64,000 nucleotides of DNA from Candidatus Xenobia bacterium. GTDB taxonomy: Bacteria; Vulcanimicrobiota; Xenobia; Xenobiales; QWHO01. The position numbers were made by a program, and so were the translations under genes. This document shows, piece after piece, positions 47,004 through 55,841 of this stretch; positions within the stretch are counted from its first letter, which is position 1, and the number at the start of each line of letters is the position of its first letter. The notes below the pieces were generated by a model. The model did no database searches, had not been told where the DNA came from, and saw nothing but the letters and a program-made list of their open reading frames with translations. Location of the stretch: assembly GCA_045863235.1 (NCBI GenBank), contig BTUM01000017.1, positions 32,001 through 96,000 of the forward strand, read 5' to 3'.

Positions 47004-47696
47004 ATGCCAAGCCATGGCTACGTGCTCTACCTGGCCCTGGGTGACAGCCTCAGCATCGACAAGTTTGCCGGTCCGGGGCTGGGCGCAGCCTCCTTACTGT
47101 ACCGTAATCAAGACCAGCTCCATGGCGAGTTTGTCGGGCGCGACCTGGTGCACCTCAACCCTGCCTGCCGGCTGTTGAACCGAGCTGAAGACGGGCAGAC
47201 CAGCGAAGCGGTGCTCGACCAGCTCGATCATCTTCCCCGCGAGAGCGGTCCGACCCTGATCACCTTGACGGTGGGGGGCAACGACCTGATCGCTCTCTTA
47301 AACCACGGCTCGCGCGATCTGACCGAAGTCCTGGCTCGAATCGAGTCCATCGTGCGCTTCTTGAAAGGCTACTACCCGAGTTCCACCGTCCTGCTCGGCA
47401 ACGTTTACGACCCCAGCGATGGAACCGGGCGCGTGCAGAGCGGCCACGAGCGATTTGCTCCCGGTCTACCGGTCCTGGGCCAGCTCAACGGCCGCCTGCG
47501 AGAGCTGGCCGCCGCCACAAGCGTCCGCTTGATCGACATTTACGGCCACTTTCTCGGCCACGGGCTGCGCCACGCCGACCCAGGCTTCGCCCACTACCAC
47601 CCGGACGACCCAACAGGCTGGATCTGCTTCGACATCGAGCCCAATCCGAGAGGGTCCTCGGAGATCCGTCGACTGTTCTGGGAGGCCCTGCCATGA
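47004..47696 (+). CDS. SGNH/GDSL hydrolase family protein (atypical block V)
   Basis: LALGDSLS, GQTS, TVGGND; DIEPN where DxxHP is expected; GGAGG SD. Confidence 0.85.
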   Translation: MPSHGYVLYLALGDSLSIDKFAGPGLGAASLLYRNQDQLHGEFVGRDLVHLNPACRLLNRAEDGQTSEAVLDQLDHLPRESGPTLITLTVGGNDLIALLNHGSRDLTEVLARIESIVRFLKGYYPSSTVLLGNVYDPSDGTGRVQSGHERFAPGLPVLGQLNGRLRELAAATSVRLIDIYGHFLGHGLRHADPGFAHYHPDDPTGWICFDIEPNPRGSSEIRRLFWEALP

Positions 47697-48550
47697 AAGA
47701 GAAGCTCGAGCGGCTGCGTAGTCGGCTCCCGAACATGCAACCGACCCGCCTTGAAACCTCGGACTTTCTCTGGGATCTGAGCGAGGAAGACATCATCCGA
47801 ACCCTGGTGCGCAACGAGCATTCCGGCCTGCTCTTTGGCCGCTTCGCCCCCGAGAAGGTGCTCGAGGAGCTCGAGGAGGTCAGCATTCTGAGCGCTCTGC
47901 GCCGGCGCGGATATCACCACTTTGAGGCCTACTGCGGCTCGGCTCCCGGAATGCCGCCGCTGACCCTTTTCGAAGACCGATTCACGGTGTTTGGAACAGC
48001 CGAGGGACAGCGCTACCTGCTGGTGGAGCTCAAGACCCACTGGGGCACGCTGCTCTTCCCACCGGATGGAACCTCCATCCGCGCTCTTATCTGGGACTGG
48101 GTGAGTTTTCAGCACCCTCTGGGCCAGTTCACCCCTGACCGCCCTCCCTTGCCCGGTCAGGAGCACCCCGGACTGGGGATCTTTCGACGCTCGCTCGACA
48201 TGCTGCTGAACTGGTCCAAACGGATGGAATTAGACGCCGTGGTCAACATCCCCGAATATTTCCACAACGGCGTGCTCTATTCGTCTCATTTTCACTTCGT
48301 CACCCCTCAGTTGGAGGGTCGACTGAAGGCCCTCTGCCGCGACCTGCTGCCTCGCGGGCTGGTGGCCGCTTCCTGGGCTCTGGCCGAAGGCAGGGTGCTC
48401 GACCACGAAGGCGAGGTCGTGCGCTGGGCCCCGGCCGAGCAGGTCTTCGCGATGCAGGGGAAGGTGGCCGACTACTTCGATTCACCGGCATACCAAGAGA
48501 CGGTGGCTGAAACCACCGCCTCTTTGAGCTACCACTACGCAGAGGAGTAG
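47693..48550 (+). CDS. Conserved hypothetical protein (possible GNAT-like fold)
   Basis: ATGA coupling; QHP...F..DRPPLPGQEHPGLG and PEYFHNGVLY motifs. Confidence 0.75.
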   Translation: MKEKLERLRSRLPNMQPTRLETSDFLWDLSEEDIIRTLVRNEHSGLLFGRFAPEKVLEELEEVSILSALRRRGYHHFEAYCGSAPGMPPLTLFEDRFTVFGTAEGQRYLLVELKTHWGTLLFPPDGTSIRALIWDWVSFQHPLGQFTPDRPPLPGQEHPGLGIFRRSLDMLLNWSKRMELDAVVNIPEYFHNGVLYSSHFHFVTPQLEGRLKALCRDLLPRGLVAASWALAEGRVLDHEGEVVRWAPAEQVFAMQGKVADYFDSPAYQETVAETTASLSYHYAEE

Positions 48551-48554
48551 AGAC

Positions 48555-49163
48555 TCAGAACGGGGAGTCTTCCCCCATCCCTCCACCCCCGGCCAGCTTC
48601 ATGGCCAGTTGGAGCTTGAGCATCTCCTGCATCTCCGGAGTGATGCGAATCTGTTTCTGGCTGGAGAAGGTGCCATCGGCGTGGGCGATCGCGATCTCCC
48701 GCCAGGTACCCTGAGTGCGCGAATAGACCGTGTCGCCATCCTCTCTGACGATGGCCAGCTCTTGCTCATCGCCCTCGCGAACCACTCGCTGGCGGAATTC
48801 TTGAACCTCGCCGCTGGTGGTATCGAAACGGAGGAAGGCGTCATGCGACTCGGTCACCTGGCTGATGAATCCCAGGCCCTGGCCGCTCACCTGGCGGTTC
48901 GCGTAACCGGCCTGGCCCTTCTCGGGGAAGAGGTCGTCCTGGCCACTTTCGTCGAGCTTCTTGAGGTCGGCCACGATCGGGGCTGCTTTGGCCTCTACCT
49001 CGGCGATCAGCTTCATCGCATTGGAGCGCTCTCGTAGCTTGTCCCACTCGGTCTTCTCCGCCGGGGTCGGTAGCGTCACCTCTTCCTCTGCCGCCGCCTG
49101 TGGGAATGCTTTCCGCGGTAGCAAGAGTCCCCCACCCTGGCCAGGAATCAAGATCCGCTGCAT
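48555..49163 (-). CDS. Hypothetical protein (202 aa)
   Basis: Open frame with coding-type codon bias; low-complexity N-terminus; no signal peptide; preceded by the direct-repeat box. Confidence 0.75.
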   Translation of the reverse strand: MQRILIPGQGGGLLLPRKAFPQAAAEEEVTLPTPAEKTEWDKLRERSNAMKLIAEVEAKAAPIVADLKKLDESGQDDLFPEKGQAGYANRQVSGQGLGFISQVTESHDAFLRFDTTSGEVQEFRQRVVREGDEQELAIVREDGDTVYSRTQGTWREIAIAHADGTFSSQKQIRITPEMQEMLKLQLAMKLAGGGGMGEDSPF

Positions 49164-49216
49164 ACTTCATCGCCCCAATCTGATATTTAGTTGTAACCAC
49201 ACCATGGCACGGGCGC

Positions 49217-49233
49217 GTTAAAGAATTCTGAAA
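49217..49233 (-). promoter_or_regulatory. Direct-repeat box (TTTCAG-N5-TTTAAC)
   Basis: Same motif, flank and spacing to the start codon as the 43539 box. Confidence 0.6.
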
Positions 49234-49345
49234 TTAGAGGGTGATGAGCCTGGAGATACTTGAGGTGAAATCCGCCCGACAGCCCGGATTGCCTGGCAAT
49301 TGCTCAGGCAACACGATGATCAGACCCTGATGGGGGCTTCGCTCT

Positions 49346-49363
49346 AAAGTGCGAGCACATTAG
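49346..49363 (-). repeat. Repeat family D copy overlapping a stop codon
   Basis: CTAATGTGCTCGCACTTT; its TAA is the stop of 49360-50517. Confidence 0.8.
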
Positions 49364-50517
49364 AGATTGCTCAGATCGCCGTCCTGAACGGTCTCCTCCA
49401 CCCGGCCACGGAACTTTGGCGCCGAATCGTCGTACGGCGTACCGGTGAGCTGCTCCTTCGCCTTCCCGAGCGAGCGATGCAGATCTTCGGTCAGGGAGAT
49501 CGCCGCCTTCTTCGAGCTTCCGGCGGCGGTCACGTAATCCTCGACGATCAGGGGCTTGCCCACGATGACGTGAGCAATCTCGCGGGTCCGCCAGGCGTTG
49601 GCCACCGCCAGGGTCGAAAGTCCGCCCGCCGCGGCCAGCGCCAGTCCGGCCTGCGGGATCAGGGCGGCAGCGATACCTCCGGCCACTCCCCCGCCCAGGG
49701 CTCCGAGAGCCGCCCCTTTGAGCATGGCCATGTACTGGGGCGCCTGATTGTAAGCCTTGGCTGGTGGATTATCATGCCACTGCTTGCGACCGTAGAGATA
49801 GCCACCTGTAATGGCCCCGGCCGCTGCGCCCGCCAAGATTCGCGTCAGAGGTCCGGAAAAGGACGCCAGGGCGGTGCCCACGGCCACCCCTGCGGCTGCC
49901 AGAGCGCCCACCACGGCCTCGCCCGGGCGCGACTTGTCGTCAGGGCGATAGTGCATGGCGATCGGCACGATCGACTCGGCTCCCCCGTTGACTGCTGCCG
50001 AGGCAACCCCCTTCTTCAGGGGGCCGACAGTGCCCCGAGCCTCCTCATCGGCAATGCCGCCCTCCGGATAGATGCACAGGCCCACTCCCGACTTGAGAAC
50101 CTCGTTGCAGTGCCGAATCGTGGTGGAAGAAGCGTTGGCGCGATCAACCGGGAAAGCGCCCGACCAGGTCATCAGCTTGCCGTTGAAACCCTTCATCGTG
50201 CGAATGTTGGCCATAGATCGCACGTCGCGATCGAGCACGGCCGCCACGACGGGGGGATCGAAAATGGTGGGGTGAGTCGGGGCGTAGACGTGGGCTCCCC
50301 CGGGGGGCAGATTCTCGCGCCCCTCGACCTCGAGGCGATAGCGACCGGCCACCAGGGCTTTCGTCAGGGGCCGGAGGATCGCGCCATAGCGGGGTGCCGA
50401 GCGGCCATCTGCCGGGCCGGTATAACCGGGAATATCAGCTCCGACATTCCTTTCGGGTTGATGGGACTGGGCTGAGCTGGCCGGGATGGGGCGCAAGCCC
50501 GACATGGCGACGTTCAT
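49360..50517 (-). CDS. Lysophospholipid (PlsC-like) acyltransferase with glycine-zipper insertion, paralog 2
   Basis: HPTIFD, GAFPVDR, IYPEGG, LKKGVA, IVPIAMHY; colinear with 42295-43488. Confidence 0.88.
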   Translation of the reverse strand: MNVAMSGLRPIPASSAQSHQPERNVGADIPGYTGPADGRSAPRYGAILRPLTKALVAGRYRLEVEGRENLPPGGAHVYAPTHPTIFDPPVVAAVLDRDVRSMANIRTMKGFNGKLMTWSGAFPVDRANASSTTIRHCNEVLKSGVGLCIYPEGGIADEEARGTVGPLKKGVASAAVNGGAESIVPIAMHYRPDDKSRPGEAVVGALAAAGVAVGTALASFSGPLTRILAGAAAGAITGGYLYGRKQWHDNPPAKAYNQAPQYMAMLKGAALGALGGGVAGGIAAALIPQAGLALAAAGGLSTLAVANAWRTREIAHVIVGKPLIVEDYVTAAGSSKKAAISLTEDLHRSLGKAKEQLTGTPYDDSAPKFRGRVEETVQDGDLSNL

Positions 50518-50561
50518 GGCAAACCCTCTTTGTGAGCTTTCTTTCAGTATTACCTGGCAAA

Positions 50562-50578
50562 CTGAAGCAAAGCTGAAA
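50562..50578 (-). promoter_or_regulatory. Direct-repeat box (TTTCAG-N5-CTTCAG) in a divergent promoter region
   Basis: Followed after 9 nt by a TAATACT -10-like sequence toward 50517. Confidence 0.6.
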
Positions 50579-50591
50579 GGAGAAAAGGCGC

Positions 50592-51779
50592 TTGCAGGTC
50601 GGGCCAATCCTCGCAAGAGTGAGCTGGGGAGCAGTCAGGAGCTGCTCCGCGCACGCTCCTGCGCCCGATTGCGCCCCCCAGGATACCCTGTCCACCCGCA
50701 CCTCGGCCCACAGGCTCTTTGCACGCCCTGAGGTGCGCGAATGTTGGAGCGTCTCGCTGGGTGCACCGGTTGAGTTTCCCGTTGTCCCCTGCGAAGGCGG
50801 CTTTCTGGCAGTGTTGCGCGAGCCGAAGACGACCGTCGAGCATCCTGGGGCGCAGCGGCTGGTGCGCTTGCTTCCCGGGCAAGAGCCCCAGGCTCTGCCC
50901 ACTCCCCCGGGGAGGTTTCTGGCTGCTGGCCCGGAGGGGATCGAGCTGAGCTGGACCACGACCGGCAAGTATGTCTTCGATCCGATGATGCCATCGGTGG
51001 ATCACAAACATGACCAGGTGGAAGTGCGGGCCCCGGGCTGGAGCCGTTCGCTCCCCGGGTGCACGAACACGACTGCCTCGCCCTTCCCCTGGCCCCCCAT
51101 CTCCTCACATGGGCGCACCCTCTTGCAGGTAGACGAACGCACCATCGAATGCCTGGATGCCGATGGCCGGAAGCTGTTCCAGCACCAGGGAACTCCCTGG
51201 GCAAAGCTCCAGGTTCCCCCGGCGCTGAGTCGGGATGGACGCGCGGTGATCTGCGACGACAACCACGGGGTGGTGACCGCTTACCGGTCGGACGGCTCGC
51301 GAGCCTGGGAAGAAACCACTTTTCGCACGATCAGGTGTACTCCGCTGCTGCTTGACGAAGGCCAAACGCTGGTGGCGATCCGGGGAGACGAGTCAGGCAC
51401 CACCACTCTCCGACGATTGGATGACGCAGGCAAGACGGTAAGCCAGTGGTCCGTACCGGGGGCATCCATCGCCGGAATGGTCCAGGCTCCCGATGGAACC
51501 ATCCTGGTGGCGGCCAACGATCCGCCCCGCCTGGCAGGCTATGACTCAGCCGGGCAGCTCCGCTGGGAGCATCCGCTGAGCGAGCCCAGCCTGGGACCGC
51601 CAAACCAGTTGGAAGACGGCTCCATGCTGGTCGTGGGCCGAGAGGGCCGGGTCAGCGCCGTGCGGGTGGCCGATCCTCGCACCAGCCGAGACCCGCTGGT
51701 GGATCAGGAAACTGCCGGCGCCATCCACGAAGGGTCACAGTTCGTGACCCTGGCCGGCGTGCGCGTGCGCCGCAAGTAA
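50592..51779 (+). CDS. PQQ-like beta-propeller repeat protein with low-complexity N-terminus
   Basis: Repeats of LDADGRKLF, YRSDGSRAWE, LDDAGKTVSQW, YDSAGQLRWEH, PDGTILV; AAAGGAG SD; basic C-terminus LAGVRVRRK. Confidence 0.8.
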   Translation: MQVGPILARVSWGAVRSCSAHAPAPDCAPQDTLSTRTSAHRLFARPEVRECWSVSLGAPVEFPVVPCEGGFLAVLREPKTTVEHPGAQRLVRLLPGQEPQALPTPPGRFLAAGPEGIELSWTTTGKYVFDPMMPSVDHKHDQVEVRAPGWSRSLPGCTNTTASPFPWPPISSHGRTLLQVDERTIECLDADGRKLFQHQGTPWAKLQVPPALSRDGRAVICDDNHGVVTAYRSDGSRAWEETTFRTIRCTPLLLDEGQTLVAIRGDESGTTTLRRLDDAGKTVSQWSVPGASIAGMVQAPDGTILVAANDPPRLAGYDSAGQLRWEHPLSEPSLGPPNQLEDGSMLVVGREGRVSAVRVADPRTSRDPLVDQETAGAIHEGSQFVTLAGVRVRRK

Positions 51780-51861
51780 CCTCCTCTCCCCCGTTCTTCT
51801 GTTCACAACCCGGCAAACTCATGAGCCGCTCGGCTGACTAGATTATGGGCAACCACTCGCA

Positions 51862-51878
51862 CTGAAAAATTCCTGAAA
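51862..51878 (-). promoter_or_regulatory. Perfect direct-repeat box (TTTCAG-N5-TTTCAG) next to the clostripain RBS
   Basis: CTGAAA-AATTC-CTGAAA on the + strand, enclosed by a GGGCAAC..CTCG/CGAG-GTTGCCC stem. Confidence 0.6.
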
Positions 51879-51892
51879 CGAGGTTGCCCCAC

Positions 51893-53200
51893 GTGAACAC
51901 CCTGTCCAGCGTCAACGCCAACTACAACACCCTGGCCATGCCAGGCCGAAGCTCTGCCCCGCAGGCCGCCTGCAACTGCGGATCCAAGGACAGCGTGGTT
52001 CTCTCGGGCACCCGCCAGAGGGACGAAGAGCCGCCCACTCCTCCGACTCCCCCGGCTCCCGAGCCCCCTGCTCCCGAGCCCCCGCCCACTCCCGAGCCTC
52101 CGCCCGAGCCGCCGCCCGCGCCGGTGACCAAGAAGTGGACCGTGATGGTCTACTCAGCCTCGGACTGCAACCTCTACCGCTTCATGCAGTCCGACCTGGA
52201 CGAGGCCGAGCGGGTTGGCTCGACCGAAACGATGCACGTGATCGCCCAGACCGACCACGGCCCGCGCAACGGCACCGCCCAGCGCATCGAGCTGGTGCCC
52301 GACCAGACCCCGGGCCTCAAGGCCCCGGTCAAGCAGGACCTGGGCAGCTACAACATGGCCGCCCCGGAAGCCCTGGCCGACTTCGTCAAGTGGGGAATGA
52401 AAGAGTATCCGGCCGAGAACTACATGCTGATCATCTCCGACCATGGCGACGGCTGGAAGGGCGCCGCCCAGGACTGGAGCCACAACGGCTGGATGAGCAC
52501 CCCGGACATCGAAGCCGGCCTCAAGATGGCCCGTGAAGAGACCGGCAAGAAGATCGACGTGCTCGGCTTCGACGCCTGCCTGATGGCCTCGGCCGAAGTG
52601 GCTTACCAGCTCAAGGACGAGATCAACTACCTGGTGGCCTCCCAGGAAGTCGAGGGCGGCGCCGGCTGGGAGTACAACCGCGTTCTCTCCGAAGGCACCC
52701 TCAAGAGCCTGGACCAGAAGCTGTCTGCGACACGCTTCAACATGGATCCCAAGCAGGTGGCCACCCACGTCGTGATCTGCGCCCAGGGCAACCAGGACGA
52801 CCTGCCCACCATGTCGGCCATCGAGACCGCCAAGATGCCCGCCGTGAAACGCGCTCTGGACAACTTTGCCGACGCGATGGCTACCTCCCAGGTCAGCAAG
52901 GACACCTTTACGACCGCGGCCGAGAACACCCAGGGCTTCTACGACTACAAGGACCTGTCCGACTTCGCCAACCAGGTGAAGACGGGCGTGCAGGCCCAGG
53001 ACTGCTACCTGGCCGGCGCCGCCGACCGCCTGATGGCAGCCGTGAGCAACGCCGTGGTGGCCGAGCAGCACTCGGACAACTATCCGGGAGCGAAGGGAAT
53101 GAGCATCGAGCTGCACAACACCAGCTCGTCCGACTACGCCAACCTCAAGCTCTCCCAGGACACCCAGTGGGACGAAGCGGTCGCCCAGATGCACAGCTAA
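51893..53200 (+). CDS. Clostripain (peptidase C11) family cysteine protease
   Basis: KKWTVMVY, EYPAENYMLIISDHG (His), GFDACLM (Cys), EVAYQL, ASQEVE, DLSDF; Pro-rich linker; no Sec signal. Confidence 0.93.
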   Translation: MNTLSSVNANYNTLAMPGRSSAPQAACNCGSKDSVVLSGTRQRDEEPPTPPTPPAPEPPAPEPPPTPEPPPEPPPAPVTKKWTVMVYSASDCNLYRFMQSDLDEAERVGSTETMHVIAQTDHGPRNGTAQRIELVPDQTPGLKAPVKQDLGSYNMAAPEALADFVKWGMKEYPAENYMLIISDHGDGWKGAAQDWSHNGWMSTPDIEAGLKMAREETGKKIDVLGFDACLMASAEVAYQLKDEINYLVASQEVEGGAGWEYNRVLSEGTLKSLDQKLSATRFNMDPKQVATHVVICAQGNQDDLPTMSAIETAKMPAVKRALDNFADAMATSQVSKDTFTTAAENTQGFYDYKDLSDFANQVKTGVQAQDCYLAGAADRLMAAVSNAVVAEQHSDNYPGAKGMSIELHNTSSSDYANLKLSQDTQWDEAVAQMHS

Positions 53201-53223
53201 AGTTTAGTCTGGTGGTGGTACAA

Positions 53224-53256
53224 AGGGCGTCCCTTCGGGGGGCGCCCTCTTCTTTT
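53224..53256 (+). terminator. Intrinsic terminator
   Basis: AGGGCGTCCC-TTCG(G)-GGGGCGCCCT followed by CTTCTTTT. Confidence 0.85.
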
Positions 53257-53288
53257 GCCCAGGCACCTCGCCCTTGATCGAGCCTCGT

Positions 53289-54167
53289 TCAGAGTTTCCA
53301 GGCCGTGAGCCAGCTCTGGCTCTTTCGCTTGAGCTTGAGCTGTTTCACCAGCCTCTGGTCGAAATCGGGCATGTGAGCCGCTCCGTAGAGGATGGCAACC
53401 CGCTTCCTGCCTTTCTTGAGCTGCTGGCCGAGCACCTTGATGCAGCGCTGATTGCGTCCGGTAATCAAGGCGGTCCCCTGCAACTCGACCGCCAGGCCTT
53501 CGACGTCCCCGATGTTGGCGGCCAGCACCCGCCGAAGCGCCTGGCGCTCGGCCTCGGTAGGCTCTCGGGTCAGGAGCGCCAGAGGGTTGAGGTTCTCCAA
53601 CTCGCTCTCCTCCAGCTCGCTCGAGCGCTGAAGGCTCTTCTTCAACAGTCTCAAAAACAAGGTGGTGGCATTCTCGCCCCGCTTCTGCATGGACTTCTCG
53701 AACTCCTGAGCTGTCATGTCGGCGTGCACGAACTGATCGCCGCTGTAGTCCACGACCTCGGGCTGATAGGCCAGGCCCAGCATGCTGGCCAGCTTCATCT
53801 GGACGGCGGTGAGCGGGTGGCTCGGATCAGGGCGAATCTCATAACGGGGCTCATAGTCGAGCCCTACCGCCCGGGCCATGTCGCGCCGGCCCTCTACCGC
53901 CTGGCCTTCATCCACCACCGCCTCGAACAGAACGGCATCGTATGCCTTGAGCTGGCGATTGAGAGCCTGGTAGTAGGCCAGGTCACCGATGTGGACCACG
54001 CCCACCAGATCGACGGTGACCCCGCTCTTGGAGGCGTAGCGAGTGATGGCGGTCTGCAGGGCCGAGGGCCTGCCCTCCGCGTTCTTGACCAGGCGCACGA
54101 AGGTAGGCCCCTCGGCCCTGGCTGGAAGCAGCAGCAGGCAGAGCCAGAGCAGAAGCAACTTGCGCAT
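53289..54167 (-). CDS. Exported TraB/GumN-like protein
   Basis: Signal peptide (ARA-E); VDLVGVVHIGD..YY, VLFE, RN, AILYGAAHMP. Confidence 0.75.
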   Translation of the reverse strand: MRKLLLLWLCLLLLPARAEGPTFVRLVKNAEGRPSALQTAITRYASKSGVTVDLVGVVHIGDLAYYQALNRQLKAYDAVLFEAVVDEGQAVEGRRDMARAVGLDYEPRYEIRPDPSHPLTAVQMKLASMLGLAYQPEVVDYSGDQFVHADMTAQEFEKSMQKRGENATTLFLRLLKKSLQRSSELEESELENLNPLALLTREPTEAERQALRRVLAANIGDVEGLAVELQGTALITGRNQRCIKVLGQQLKKGRKRVAILYGAAHMPDFDQRLVKQLKLKRKSQSWLTAWKL

Positions 54168-54225
54168 CCTCTGGAAATTCCGCGCTGGCTGCAGGGCGCC
54201 CTGCGCGAGGGGAGAACTGGCGACC

Positions 54226-55056
54226 GTGAGATTCCTGATCGTGGACGGCTATCCGGCCGCATCGCGAGATGAGCTGTGCTGCGCCGGAGTGGCGCCGGCT
54301 CACGAGCTATTCGCCGGAATGCTGCAAGACTATCTGCCGGGAGCGACCAGCGAGGTGGTGTTCCCCTCCGACCCCGAGGTGCGCCTGCCCGATCTGAGCG
54401 GCTTCACCGGGGTGCTCTGGACTGGCTGCAATTTGACCCTGCACGACACCTCGGACAGACGCCTGGCAGCTCACCTCGAGCTGGCCCGACGCGGCTTCGA
54501 GCAGGGCCTGGCCAGCTTCGGGAGTTGCTGGGCCTTGCAGGTGGCCGCCGTGGTCGCTGGGGGCGAGGTCAAGGCCCATCCCGGCGGTCGCGAGATTGGA
54601 GTGAGCCGGAAGATCCGTTTGACCCCCGCCGGACAGGCGCACCCGATGTTCGCGGGAAAGCCTCCGGTGTTCGATAGCTTCACCAGCCACCTGGACGAGG
54701 TCACCCGCCTGCCCTCCGACTCGGTGCTCCTGGCCGAGAGCGAGTTCACCCGCATCCAGGCGGCGGTGATCCGCCACCTGAAGGGGAGCTTCTGGGCCGT
54801 CCAGTATCACCCCGAGTTCACCGTCAAGTCCATGGCCCGGCTGATGGCGGCCCGCCAGGAGGTCCTGCTGCGGGAGGGGTTCTTCGCCAGCCCGGAGGAA
54901 GCCGAATCCTACGTGGCCAGCTACGAGGCCCTGGCCGAGCAACCCGACAACCGGGCCCTGCGCTTCCGCCTGGGCCTGGATGACGACGTGCTCGACCCCG
55001 ACCTGCGCCGACTCGAGTTCCTCAACTGGTTGCGCCACGAGCTGAAGGTCGCCTGA
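54226..55056 (+). CDS. Class I glutamine amidotransferase-like protein
   Basis: GVLWTG, FGSCWALQ (Cys), SHLDEV, VQYHPE (His-Glu). Confidence 0.9.
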   Translation: MRFLIVDGYPAASRDELCCAGVAPAHELFAGMLQDYLPGATSEVVFPSDPEVRLPDLSGFTGVLWTGCNLTLHDTSDRRLAAHLELARRGFEQGLASFGSCWALQVAAVVAGGEVKAHPGGREIGVSRKIRLTPAGQAHPMFAGKPPVFDSFTSHLDEVTRLPSDSVLLAESEFTRIQAAVIRHLKGSFWAVQYHPEFTVKSMARLMAARQEVLLREGFFASPEEAESYVASYEALAEQPDNRALRFRLGLDDDVLDPDLRRLEFLNWLRHELKVA

Positions 55057-55742
55057 TGGAAGACGAGGAGTTCCTGGGCTCTTTGACCTCGGCCTGGCTG
55101 GGTGAGGAGCGGCGGTCCGCGCCACGAGAAACCCTGCTCGAGCAGATCTCCCGTCGGGGGCCCGAAGCCATGCGAGCCGAGATCGAGCCCCTGGTGGACT
55201 ACTACGACGAGCTGGCTAACTATCTGCCCGAGGCCGGCGAGATTGCCGAAGCGCTGGTCGAGTTGCTCGACAGCCTGGCCGGCGACCCGGGGCCGGCTTG
55301 CGCTCGGCTGCAAGAGCTGCACGCTCGACATGCCGAGGTTCTCAGGGCCGAGCTGGGGTGCCTGGAAGTGCGGCCAAGCTACTCGCCCTGGGTCGACAGC
55401 CTGCGGGCTCAGTTGCAGGCTTTCGTGCGCGGGCAACAGACCAGGACCCCGATTTACGAGCAACTGGCCGAGCTCGAGCAGCTGTTCAGCACTTCTCTCG
55501 GGCAGAACCGGGCCAACACCCTCCAGCTCGGCTCACGCGCCAACGAAGCCGCCCGCAAGGTGCTGGAGCTGAGCGAACAGGGCTACGCTCGGGGGCAGGT
55601 GGCCACCCGAGCACTGGTAGCCTCCCTGGAGCGGCGCGACCTGGAGGCAGTTGGGGAGAATCTGCGCTCGCTCAATCAAGCTTTCTCTTACCTGACCCAG
55701 GCACGCGAGCTGTGCGAGTTGGAGGGCCGACAGTACAGCTAA
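55056..55742 (+). CDS. Hypothetical helical-bundle protein
   Basis: TGATG coupling to the GATase; Leu/Glu-rich heptads. Confidence 0.7.
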   Translation: MEDEEFLGSLTSAWLGEERRSAPRETLLEQISRRGPEAMRAEIEPLVDYYDELANYLPEAGEIAEALVELLDSLAGDPGPACARLQELHARHAEVLRAELGCLEVRPSYSPWVDSLRAQLQAFVRGQQTRTPIYEQLAELEQLFSTSLGQNRANTLQLGSRANEAARKVLELSEQGYARGQVATRALVASLERRDLEAVGENLRSLNQAFSYLTQARELCELEGRQYS

Positions 55743-55798
55743 TGGGCTCGCACTTTGGTTTTGCGCGCCGGAACTGCGTTCCAGCGCGTTGCACTTCA
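55739..55798 (+). repeat. Repeat family C/D composite overlapping a stop codon
   Basis: CTAATGGGCTCGCACTTTGG followed by the GCGCGCCGGAAC-TGC-GTTCCAGCGCGT hairpin and GCACTTCAG. Confidence 0.8.
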
Positions 55799-55841
55799 GG
55801 GCCTCAGGCAGGATGATGCCAGGGCCGTCTCCGAGGATCTG

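Noticed and set aside
52031..52123. CCCGAGCC tandem repeats
   Set aside because: They encode the PEPP/PTPP linker of clostripain; coding low-complexity sequence.
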